From: an uncultured Collinsella sp.
Lineage (GTDB): Bacteria; Actinomycetota; Coriobacteriia; Coriobacteriales; Coriobacteriaceae
Assembly: GCA_959604825.1 (NCBI GenBank)
Contig: CAUHCN010000004.1
Coordinates: forward strand, 4,815-68,814
Reading direction: 5' to 3'
Length of the DNA: 64,000 nt
Under the pieces are notes generated by a model, which was not told the origin of the DNA, made no database searches, and worked only from the letters and a program-made list of their open reading frames with translations. The position numbers were made by a program, and so were the translations under genes. Below, piece after piece: positions 48,248-56,975 of this stretch (position 1 is the stretch's first letter; each line of letters opens with the position of its first letter).

Positions 48248-48944
48248 CGAAAACAAGGGCATTCACCCCACGGGGGTATCGTCGCGCGTGTGGATTGCGC
48301 TGGTCGTTCTGTGCGTCGCCAATGTCGTAGCGCACCTCATGGTGATGCCGAGCTTGCCTGCACAGATTCCCACGCACTGGGGCGCGAACGGCGCCGTCGA
48401 TGGTTGGGGTCCTAGCTGGATGGCCTCCGCGCTCGGCGTGCTGCCTCTGGCGCTTCTCGCAATGTTCTGCGTGGTGCCGCGCATCGATCCCAAAGGTGAG
48501 GCATATCGAACCTCGGGCAAGTTCTATCAGGGCTTCGTAATCGCCTTCACCTTGTTCATGTGCGCCATAAGCTGGCTGGGAGAGCTTACGGTCTGGGGCG
48601 TGGTGCCGGCGGTCGGTTCGGTCAACGTGCTGATTTCCGGTGCTATCGGTTTGCTGTTCATCGGCGTAGGCAACTACTTGCCGCGTGTGAAGCAGAACTA
48701 TACGCTCGGTATCAAGACACCTTGGGCGCTTGCCGATCCCGAGAACTGGCGCCGTACGCAGCGTTTTGGCGGCGCCTGCTTTATGGTGCTGGGTATTGGC
48801 CTGATTGTGATGGGCGTGGCAGGTGCGGTGCTTTCGAGTGAAGTCGTTGCCGCGGTGATTGCGGTTCTGGCGTTTGGTTCAGCCGGAGCTGCCTACGTCT
48901 ATTCGTATCTGCTGTGGCGTAAATCGCAGCGAGCCGTTCGCTAA
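48240..48944 (+). CDS. sdpI: SdpI family immunity membrane protein (DUF1648)
   Basis: LPAQIPTHW...G.VD, GNYLPRVKQN...GIKTPW...W.RT. Confidence 0.85.
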   Translation: MNNENKGIHPTGVSSRVWIALVVLCVANVVAHLMVMPSLPAQIPTHWGANGAVDGWGPSWMASALGVLPLALLAMFCVVPRIDPKGEAYRTSGKFYQGFVIAFTLFMCAISWLGELTVWGVVPAVGSVNVLISGAIGLLFIGVGNYLPRVKQNYTLGIKTPWALADPENWRRTQRFGGACFMVLGIGLIVMGVAGAVLSSEVVAAVIAVLAFGSAGAAYVYSYLLWRKSQRAVR

Positions 48945-49128
48945 GGTTGCGGAAAACTAGCGTACGCAGTTCATAGTATGTTCTGGGGGACTTTTCCCAG
49001 GTAGTATTAGGGGGTGTGGGCAACCATGCCCCTTTTTCGTTAAGTTTCAGAGCTGGTTTCCTCATTTCGTTTCCACTAAAGCGAATCAAGAATAGGGAAA
49101 CAGCAGGTAGAAAGGATAAAACAGGCAT

Positions 49129-50808
49129 ATGGCGGAGTTTATCTACCAAATGTATCAGGCTCGCAAGGCCCATGGCGACAAGGTAATCCTTGACGACGTG
49201 ACCCTGAGCTTCTACCCCGGTGCCAAGATCGGCGTCGTGGGCCCCAACGGTATGGGCAAGTCGACCCTGCTCAAGATCATGGCCGGCATCGAGGAAGTCT
49301 CCAACGGCGATGCCAGACTTACCCCCGGCTACACCGTGGGTATCCTGCAGCAGGAGCCGCCGCTCGACGACGACAAGACCGTCATCGAGAACGTGCGCAT
49401 GGCATTTGGCGATATGATCGCCAAGGTCGATCGCTTCAATAAGATCGGCGAGGAGATGTGCGACCCGGATTGCGACATGGACGCCCTCATGGCCGAGATG
49501 GGCAAGCTCCAGGACGAGATCGACGCCGCCGATGGCTGGGATATCGATTCCAAGCTCGGCCAGGCCATGGACGCCCTGCAGCTACCCGATTCCGACATGC
49601 CGGTCAATGTGCTTTCCGGTGGCGAGCGCCGTCGCGTGGCCCTGTGCAAGCTGCTGCTCGAGGCTCCCGACCTGCTGCTGCTCGACGAGCCCACGAACCA
49701 CCTGGACGCCGAGTCGATCCTGTGGCTCGAGCACTTCCTGCACAACTACCAGGGCGCGGTCCTTGCCGTCACGCATGACCGCTACTTCCTGGACAACGTT
49801 GCCGAGTGGATCTGTGAGGTCGACCGCGGCCATCTCTACCCCTACAAGGGCAACTACTCCACGTATCTGGAGACCAAGGCCGCGCGTATTGAGGCGCAGG
49901 GCAACCGCGATGCCAAGCTCGCCAAGCGCATGGAGGCCGAGCTCGAGTGGGTACGCAGCTCGCCCAAGGCTCGCCAGGCCAAGAACAAGGCCCGTCTGGC
50001 TCGCTACGAGGAGATGGAGGCCGAGGCCCGCGCAAGCCAGAAGCTCGACTGGACCGACATCCGCATCCCTGTGGGCCCGCGTCTGGGCAACAAGGTGCTC
50101 GAGGCCCATCACCTGCACAAGGAGTTCGATGGCCGCGTGCTCATCGATGACCTTTCGTTCACCCTGCCGCGCAACGGCATTGTGGGCGTTATCGGCCCCA
50201 ACGGTGTCGGTAAGACCACGCTGTTCAAGACGATTGTGGGCCTGGAGCCGCTGACTTCGGGCGAGCTCGAGGTGGGCGAGACCGTCAAGATTTCTTACGT
50301 CGACCAGAACCGTTCCGGCATCGACCCCGACAAGAACCTGTGGGAGGTCGTCTCGGATGGCCTGGACCACATGATGGTCGGCGAGACCGAGGTTCCGAGC
50401 CGCGCTTATGTGGCGAGCTTTGGCTTTAAGGGCCAGGACCAGCAGAAGCGCGCTGGCGTACTCTCCGGTGGCGAGCGCAACCGTCTGAACTTGGCGCTTA
50501 CGCTCAAGCAGGGCGGCAACCTGCTGCTCCTCGACGAGCCCACGAACGACCTCGACGTCGAGACGCTGTCCTCGCTTGAAGCGGCGCTGCTCGAGTTCCC
50601 GGGCTGCTCGGTGGTCATTAGCCACGACCGTATGTTCCTGGACCGCGTCGCCACGCACATCCTGGCGTGGGAGGGCACCGACGAGAATCCGGGCAACTGG
50701 TATTGGTTCGAGGGCAACTTCGAGGCCTATCAGGCCAACCGTATCGAGCGCCTGGGCGAGGACGCAGCCCAGCCGCATCGTATTCACCGCAAGCTGACGC
50801 GCGATTAG
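49129..50808 (+). CDS. ettA: energy-dependent translational throttle ABC-F protein
   Basis: SFYPGAKIGVVGPNG.GKST, two ABC domains, ELEWVRSSPKARQAK linker. Confidence 0.95.
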   Translation: MAEFIYQMYQARKAHGDKVILDDVTLSFYPGAKIGVVGPNGMGKSTLLKIMAGIEEVSNGDARLTPGYTVGILQQEPPLDDDKTVIENVRMAFGDMIAKVDRFNKIGEEMCDPDCDMDALMAEMGKLQDEIDAADGWDIDSKLGQAMDALQLPDSDMPVNVLSGGERRRVALCKLLLEAPDLLLLDEPTNHLDAESILWLEHFLHNYQGAVLAVTHDRYFLDNVAEWICEVDRGHLYPYKGNYSTYLETKAARIEAQGNRDAKLAKRMEAELEWVRSSPKARQAKNKARLARYEEMEAEARASQKLDWTDIRIPVGPRLGNKVLEAHHLHKEFDGRVLIDDLSFTLPRNGIVGVIGPNGVGKTTLFKTIVGLEPLTSGELEVGETVKISYVDQNRSGIDPDKNLWEVVSDGLDHMMVGETEVPSRAYVASFGFKGQDQQKRAGVLSGGERNRLNLALTLKQGGNLLLLDEPTNDLDVETLSSLEAALLEFPGCSVVISHDRMFLDRVATHILAWEGTDENPGNWYWFEGNFEAYQANRIERLGEDAAQPHRIHRKLTRD

Positions 50809-50816
50809 TAGCAAGT

Positions 50817-50846
50817 AGAAAGGCCGCCAGCAAGGGCGGCCTTTCT
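50817..50846 (+). terminator. terminator after ettA
   Basis: AGAAAGGCCGCC-AGCAAG-GGCGGCCTTTCT. Confidence 0.75.
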
Positions 50847-51088
50847 TGTAGCAATTGCACTGCAGCTATGCCCTGGCTGCTGGTTTGATTCATAATCAAA
50901 GTCATCTCTTTGGGATTAAAGCCCGTTTTTGCTATGAGTGATTTTCTAATTCCGTTTAAAACGTAAAGACGTATTGGGCTACAAGGACATAAGCAAATCG
51001 AATTGAAATATAACCAGTGCTGTAACGTTACAAAAAAGGTTATAGAATAGGAGTATCTTATAAGTCGCTCCTCTAGAAAGAAGAACAT

Positions 51089-52216
51089 ATGCTTTCGCGT
51101 CGTCGTTTTCTGCAACTTGTCGCGTCTTCAATTGTCGCCTTAGCCGCACGTCCGAAAGAGGTTTTTGCTTCGACGGGCAATATTGATGGTGAGCAGATAC
51201 AATTTACTTCAGAAATTGCGCAAGAGCTTGCCGATAAATATATAAAGGGACTCCTCGGCTCTTCGTATACGCCCTCTGACCCTATTCCTTTTGTAGACGT
51301 TGATGGGTCCCCGCTTGGCTACATTGTTCCGGTTGTGACATTCAATAGAGCCGCGGGCTATTTGGTTTTAGATGCTTCAGATGATGAAATACTTACGGGA
51401 TATCGTTTTGGAGACGGCTTAGTCAGCCCTATGGATCGGGGAGGAGATCTTGGTGTTGAGTCTTATTCTTTCAATAACCCAGTCGTAATGATCAATCCAT
51501 TCGAATTCGGTGTGCAATCTTTGGACGGTTCAATAACAACAAATTGCGGAAGAACAATCCCGGCTGTTTCCATAGAAGGACGGCCTGTCGTTTTATCGAA
51601 TAAACCTTCAAGCTGGAACGATGTCGTAATTTACGCAACTCAAATGCAGGATTACACAGTATCTGGATTTCGTTCCATTTCTCAGTTTATGTCATATGAT
51701 GAAAGCGAGATTAAGAGGCTTACTGCCCACTATGCTTGTATGGTGACAGCTTTTTCGAACGTTGCGGAACTGTATGGCATTGCCAATTTATATAGCGACC
51801 CTTCGCAATATATGCAGATATGGAATTACACCAATACCCATGCTCTTTCCGATGAAGAACAGACTGTTCCCGGCGTTGTTTTGGGCGGAACGCCGATATC
51901 AACCTGTGCAACGGGGTTTACAAATTACTGCGCAAGCAGAGGAAGTACTCTTATCGCCCGCACTGTCTCCTCTCCGGCTATCGCGAGCATTCAAAATGAG
52001 ATTAACTCTAATAGACCGAATGTTTTACATGCGAGTTTGTACAACGGATCAGCCCATTCTGTAACAGCGGAGGCTTACGCCACACTTACTGGTAAGAAAA
52101 CTGGAGAGACAAGGCAGATGATTGGCATAGCGGACGGCTGGAATTCATCTTTATCCTTCCTGAAGTATGATCAGAGCTATTATGCGTGGACTTATGGAAC
52201 GACTTTTTCGAAGTAG
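51089..52216 (+). CDS. Tat-signal secreted protein, putative papain-fold (C39/C10-like) cysteine peptidase; AT-rich
   Basis: SRRRFL twin-arginine and VFA cleavage site; YAC, AHSV, IADGW as a Cys/His/Asp candidate triad. Confidence 0.65.
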   Translation: MLSRRRFLQLVASSIVALAARPKEVFASTGNIDGEQIQFTSEIAQELADKYIKGLLGSSYTPSDPIPFVDVDGSPLGYIVPVVTFNRAAGYLVLDASDDEILTGYRFGDGLVSPMDRGGDLGVESYSFNNPVVMINPFEFGVQSLDGSITTNCGRTIPAVSIEGRPVVLSNKPSSWNDVVIYATQMQDYTVSGFRSISQFMSYDESEIKRLTAHYACMVTAFSNVAELYGIANLYSDPSQYMQIWNYTNTHALSDEEQTVPGVVLGGTPISTCATGFTNYCASRGSTLIARTVSSPAIASIQNEINSNRPNVLHASLYNGSAHSVTAEAYATLTGKKTGETRQMIGIADGWNSSLSFLKYDQSYYAWTYGTTFSK

Positions 52217-52586
52217 GGCGATTCGTCTAGCTCTGTCTTTGGTGCTGATGGCTTCATTGGTGGGCTGTTCAACAAAGGAAGAGATATCGCGCGGAGGTTC
52301 CGGAGAAGTGACTGCGACAGACTCAGGTTCATTAGAAATAGCTGGCGGGCATGCCGATGTGATGTTACAAGGAGAAGGCGTGCTTAGGTCGATTGATGCT
52401 GAAGACGCTGTCTGCTCAATAGAGGATTTGAAGACAGGTGAAACTGCATCGTACCGAGTTTCAGATAATGCTGCGAATATGATTGAGTCGATACCGACTG
52501 GAGCGCAGGTTTCTTTTAGATACTTTGCTCCGCAACTTGAGGATGAGCTTGCTTCTCTGGTGTCTATATGCGCCGATGACAACTAA
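52194..52586 (+). CDS. hypothetical lipoprotein
   Basis: lipobox LVGC after a hydrophobic stretch; overlaps the upstream gene. Confidence 0.6.
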   Translation: MERLFRSRAIRLALSLVLMASLVGCSTKEEISRGGSGEVTATDSGSLEIAGGHADVMLQGEGVLRSIDAEDAVCSIEDLKTGETASYRVSDNAANMIESIPTGAQVSFRYFAPQLEDELASLVSICADDN

Positions 52587-52599
52587 AAGGCCTGAATTC

Positions 52600-52642
52600 A
52601 AACGGCCTCGGATGGTCAATTGGCTATCCGAGGCCGTTTTTT
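52600..52642. terminator. bidirectional terminator
   Basis: AAACGGCCTCGGATGG...CTATCCGAGGCCGTTTTT. Confidence 0.75.
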
Positions 52643-53948
52643 ACTCGACCGGGGCTTCGACCTTGTCGATGGCCCAGGTGGCTCCGAGGCCGCCGGTGGT
52701 GTTGCGGCGAATGCGTACGGTGACTTCGTGGCGTTTGCCGGCCTGTGTGTAGCGCAGGGGGAAGCTCGCGCGGTTACGGCCAGCCTCGATGGTACCGCGC
52801 TCGCGAGCGATCCAGTAGTACTCGCCGACGATGCCGAGGGTGTCGGCGCCGTAGGGGAGATAAGTCGACAGCTGGTGCAGCAGCGGACTAGGGCAGAAGA
52901 CCTCGGTCGCGAAATCGATGGGGAAGTCCCCGGGGATGGTCGGTGCTGCGGGAGCGGGGGCCGGTGCTGAATTGGGGACCGGAGTCGGTGCAGGTGTGGG
53001 AGCCTGGTCACAGGCGGGTGCGGATGCGGACTCAATGACAGGTGCAGACTCAGATGCCGCTTCTGGCTTAGCTATGGAATCTGTCGGTTCCACGGAGATG
53101 GACGTGTCTTCGGTCCCGGTTTTGGCACCGGCCTGCGGAGTGTCCTCTGCCTCGACGTTCGGCTTGGCCTCGACCGGCGTGGATACCATGGTGGTGATGC
53201 CGGCGTTGGCGTTCTCGGGGTCATAGACAACCGTGAGCGAGATGGCGGGCTGCGGCGTCTCGGGTTCCGGCGTCGCCTCGGTAGCGTCTTGATTCGCGGG
53301 CTCGTCGGACTGGTCGTCCTCGGCGTTGTCGCCAAAGACATCGCTGTTTTGGAACGCAGGCGTCTCGGGTTGGCCGGCGGTTTCTTCGGCTTTCGACTTG
53401 GGAACCTCGTTGAGCTCAACGGCGGCTTCCTGCTCAGCCATGACTTCGGGCTCGGTCGTGGCAGCGATTTCAGTTTCGACCTCTGCCGTTACTTCAGCAG
53501 TGACTTCAGCCTCTACCTCGGGCTCGGGCTCCGGAGCGACTTCGGCCACGGACTCGGGCTCGGGACGCTTAACGTGCTTGGGACGCACGGCCTTCAGGTC
53601 CTTCTCGCCGCGCTTTTTCTTTTTGTAGGACTGCTTGGCGCCCTTGGCGGCCTTGGGCTTGTCCTCGCCCTTGGCAAGGGCAGCATCCCAGGCCTCATTG
53701 GCGATGACGGTGGCATACAGACGTCCGCCCTTAAAGACGGTCAGCTTAATGCAGTCGTCGAGTTCCTCGAGCAGCTCGCGCGTGGACTCGAAGCCCAGGT
53801 CATAAGCGGTCATATCGCCAGCGGCGAGTGTCTCCTCGACCTGTGTCATAAACGTTTGCTTGCCGCATCCAATCGCATCGCGCAGCAGGCGATACAGATA
53901 GATGTGGTTGCCCAGCGATAGCGTGGGCTTAACTATTGTCTTGCTCAT
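52641..53948 (-). CDS. hypothetical protein with long acidic Pro/Glu/Ala linker
   Basis: AGGAG SD; globular-looking N- and C-termini; host-like codon usage. Confidence 0.75.
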   Translation of the reverse strand: MSKTIVKPTLSLGNHIYLYRLLRDAIGCGKQTFMTQVEETLAAGDMTAYDLGFESTRELLEELDDCIKLTVFKGGRLYATVIANEAWDAALAKGEDKPKAAKGAKQSYKKKKRGEKDLKAVRPKHVKRPEPESVAEVAPEPEPEVEAEVTAEVTAEVETEIAATTEPEVMAEQEAAVELNEVPKSKAEETAGQPETPAFQNSDVFGDNAEDDQSDEPANQDATEATPEPETPQPAISLTVVYDPENANAGITTMVSTPVEAKPNVEAEDTPQAGAKTGTEDTSISVEPTDSIAKPEAASESAPVIESASAPACDQAPTPAPTPVPNSAPAPAPAAPTIPGDFPIDFATEVFCPSPLLHQLSTYLPYGADTLGIVGEYYWIARERGTIEAGRNRASFPLRYTQAGKRHEVTVRIRRNTTGGLGATWAIDKVEAPVE

Positions 53949-54086
53949 GGCAAATCTCCTCTTTACACACCAAAGCATCTTACCATCGCGCAGGGCTTGC
54001 CACCTCGGCGCCCAAAGCAAACGGGCGCGACCGTTGCCGGTTCGCGCCCGTTATACAGGTCGGTTATCTGTGAGAGGCGATCGTGC

Positions 54087-55031
54087 TTAGTTGCCCGATG
54101 TCGTGCCTTGGCTCGAGCTGTCGGATGCCGTGCCGGATGCGGTTCCGCTCGAGCTGTTTGTGTTGCTGTTGTCGGTTGAGCCCGTGCCCGATGCATTGCC
54201 GCTCGTCTGGTCACCCGTGCTCTGCTGAGAGCCGTCGGTCGTTTGGCTGGAGTCGGTCGTTCCGGATTGTGTGCCGCCGCTGTTCGAAGAGGAATCGGTG
54301 CCTTGCGACTGATCAGGGGTGGTCGAGGAAGAATCGGTGGGTGCGGAGTTGGCCTGTGAGTCGTTCTGCTGGCTTTGCGATTGGCCGGCGCTGTCCGCGT
54401 CTTGCTCGGTCGTGCGCGACGAAAGGATTGGCTCGGGGCGCTCGCCCAGACCCTCACCGGCGGTGGTTATAAGGATGGCGCCGGCGCAGGCGATAACCGC
54501 GACGATGGCGATGGCGATCGAGAAGATGATGACCTTCTTTTGCGTCTGGCTGCGCTCTTCCGCCGCCTTGGCGCGCAGGCTGTTGGGGGCGACGCGCGCC
54601 GTGGTCGCGCGTCCCGCGACCTGACGCATCTCCTGCGTAGTCGCGCCGCCGCCCAGGTGCTCCTCGGCATTAAGCTCAACGGGCTCATAGGCGCCGGCGG
54701 GGTAGTCGACGGCGGCGTGCGTACCTTTGAGGGCTTCGGCGCTGGCAGAGATAAAGTGGCGGTAGACCTGCGAGGACACAACGGTGATGACCGAGCTCAC
54801 GGCGGCACCAATTACTGAACCAGCGATACCAATCTTGGAGGCAAGCGCCACGCTCGTGGCGGCAGCTGCGGCGCCGGCGATGATCTGGGGAATGGAAATG
54901 TCATCGAACAGGCCCTTTTTGGGCGCGATGGCCATGGTCTGTCCGATGGAATGGTTCTCGTGCACGCCGTTGTTGAGCGATGCCGGCGTCATGACGCGCG
55001 TGCGCGGCGCGTCGGTGTACTTGGTTGTCAT
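54087..55031 (-). CDS. hypothetical membrane protein with Ser/Thr/Gln-rich tail
   Basis: GGAGG SD; GIAGSVIGAAVSS glycine-zipper-like segment, further TM. Confidence 0.75.
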   Translation of the reverse strand: MTTKYTDAPRTRVMTPASLNNGVHENHSIGQTMAIAPKKGLFDDISIPQIIAGAAAAATSVALASKIGIAGSVIGAAVSSVITVVSSQVYRHFISASAEALKGTHAAVDYPAGAYEPVELNAEEHLGGGATTQEMRQVAGRATTARVAPNSLRAKAAEERSQTQKKVIIFSIAIAIVAVIACAGAILITTAGEGLGERPEPILSSRTTEQDADSAGQSQSQQNDSQANSAPTDSSSTTPDQSQGTDSSSNSGGTQSGTTDSSQTTDGSQQSTGDQTSGNASGTGSTDNSNTNSSSGTASGTASDSSSQGTTSGN

Positions 55032-55205
55032 ACGGGGTCCTCCCGGTGTAAATCTGCTTCGTTTCGTGTAGCCATCAGGGTACCCACCAGATGTGAATCA
55101 TACGTGACATTTAACAGATACCATCAACTCATCAAGGGGGCCTGCTGTCTTTGGTGCAATAGCTTGATGCTAAACTGGATTTATGTTTGCGAGGTGGTTT
55201 ACGTG

Positions 55206-55424
55206 ATGTACCCGTATATGACATTCGAAGATGGAACCGAGGTCATTCATTCTGACCTGATTACAGATGGCGATATTGAAAAGGTTATCGTGCATTTTGA
55301 GCGACCGACGGCAGAGGGCTTCGACTCCGCTCGTTGTGAGTTGCCTTCCTGTTCGTGGACTGACTGGGAAGGGCATTTTACTCAGAGTGAAAAACGAGCT
55401 TTCGAAGAGTGTCTGAGCAAATAA
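55206..55424 (+). CDS. small hypothetical protein (MYPYMT...), possibly 3'-truncated
   Basis: GAGGTG SD; ends where the AT-rich islet begins. Confidence 0.55.
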   Translation: MYPYMTFEDGTEVIHSDLITDGDIEKVIVHFERPTAEGFDSARCELPSCSWTDWEGHFTQSEKRAFEECLSK

Positions 55425-55524
55425 TTTAGATTAGTTCGAGTTTAGTTCGAATAAAGAAGCTGAATGCGATGACCTAAAGCGTATGCATTTTTAGTATTAG
55501 ATGCGTATGAAATGGAGGATGTGA

Positions 55525-55806
55525 ATGGATGAGCTAATAGACTTTAAAAAACGATTTCTCAAGAATGGCGAGCTGGTTTCAATTCCAAAAAAGGAAAGCT
55601 ATAAAAGAATCATGCTGCTATGGGCCGTCTCTTTCTTTGAATTAAATACAAGTTATACGGAGCTTCAGGTTAATCGTGTGCTGTCACAGCTCTATCCTGA
55701 TTATGCCGTGTTGAGGCGGTACTTGGTTGATTATGGATTCCTATTAAGGGATGAACGAGGCCTGAAATACGAGGTTAATCGTGATGTTCACGGTATTGAG
55801 AGCTAG
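55525..55806 (+). CDS. DUF2087 domain protein
   Basis: IPKK..K, YTE.QVN..L, DYAVLRRYLVDYGFL.R. Confidence 0.85.
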   Translation: MDELIDFKKRFLKNGELVSIPKKESYKRIMLLWAVSFFELNTSYTELQVNRVLSQLYPDYAVLRRYLVDYGFLLRDERGLKYEVNRDVHGIES

Positions 55807-56968
55807 CCGTCCGGTTCGGGTCCTATATATTGCTAGAGGGATAAGCGAAATAGGCAATTGGTGTGCGAATATTGCTTTGCCAATGCTGATTTACGAGGTA
55901 ACTCACGATGTTTCTGCAACTGCTTTGATGGTCTGCTGCAGATTTGCCCCCTCTCTGTTTTCAGTTGCGCTCGCGCAGCTGCCTCAGAAGATGGGTATCG
56001 GGACACTGCAGGCCATGAGATTGGCAGACTTAATTCGCGCGGGATTATTCGTTTGCTATATTTTTGTTGATAGTAAATGGAGTATGTTTGCTATTACGTG
56101 CGCGGTATCGCTTTGCCGAACGGTAGAAATGCCCTGCTTTTACTCGTTGTTAAGAGCCAATACGAATAGTATCAATCGCGACGTAATTAATAATTCGTTT
56201 GGGTTCCTGCAGAATTTGATGATGGTTCTGGGGCCAGTTGCCGGCGGTTTTGTTGTCGCTCAATTTGGGGCGGAGGCTGTTCTTGCATTAGACGCGCTTT
56301 CTTTTGCCGCGTCGTTCTGGTTGCTGCGAGATGTTCCGTCGGTTATCGAGGTTAATGATAAAGAGGGAATAAGCAAAAATGAAAAAAACAGGACTGCATT
56401 TAGTGATCTTAGCGCGAAGCACTTGGCAATTGGTTTCCTATTAATCGATATTTCTAGTGGCGTGGCATTCGGCTCTCTGAATTCTCTTTTGCCAGCTATA
56501 GCGCAATTGCAATTTGACTCGTCATCGATACAATACGGATTCCTTCAGAGTAGTCTTACAATCGGACTGTTGTTCGGAAATACAATATATGGTCGTTTAA
56601 TCAGTGGTTCCGATTGCGTTAAATCATATTGTTTTGTGACGTATCTTGCGCTCGGTGCGTATCTGGCGTTTGGCTATCGCTATGCGTCTGGGATATCGTT
56701 TATTTTCCTTTTTATCGTCGGTGCCGGAAACGCCATTCAAGATGTGCTTCTCATAACATCGCTGCAGGATTTGGCGAGAGACGGATCTGAATCGATAAGC
56801 CTGTTTTCAATTAGGGAGTCTTTGCAATCGGTTGCTGTTGTTATTTCAACACTTCTTGTTTCGCTGTTCACGAGCATCGCGATGTTCTCAATTCTCGTTA
56901 CAGGACTTGGTGTATTTTCAATTATGATGGTAGTTGTGTTTCAATTGAATTATTTGCGAAAGATGTGA
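55781..56968 (+). CDS. MFS exporter (DHA3/macrolide-efflux-like)
   Basis: ISEIGNW, ADLIRA, VLGPVAGG, LDALSF; about 12 TM. Confidence 0.88.
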   Translation: MMFTVLRASRPVRVLYIARGISEIGNWCANIALPMLIYEVTHDVSATALMVCCRFAPSLFSVALAQLPQKMGIGTLQAMRLADLIRAGLFVCYIFVDSKWSMFAITCAVSLCRTVEMPCFYSLLRANTNSINRDVINNSFGFLQNLMMVLGPVAGGFVVAQFGAEAVLALDALSFAASFWLLRDVPSVIEVNDKEGISKNEKNRTAFSDLSAKHLAIGFLLIDISSGVAFGSLNSLLPAIAQLQFDSSSIQYGFLQSSLTIGLLFGNTIYGRLISGSDCVKSYCFVTYLALGAYLAFGYRYASGISFIFLFIVGAGNAIQDVLLITSLQDLARDGSESISLFSIRESLQSVAVVISTLLVSLFTSIAMFSILVTGLGVFSIMMVVVFQLNYLRKM

Positions 56969-56975
56969 CGTTGAT

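Noticed and set aside
48983..49037. Small two-hairpin sRNA between sdpI and ettA
   Set aside because: No convincing promoter; adequately explained as the sdpRI terminator.
51089..52216. The secreted protease as the RiPP leader peptidase
   Set aside because: Separate islet, separated by two host-like genes, with its own partner and terminator; no direct evidence of a link.
52940..53570. Repeats in the Pro/Glu/Ala-rich region
   Set aside because: Low-complexity coding linker, not a DNA repeat array.
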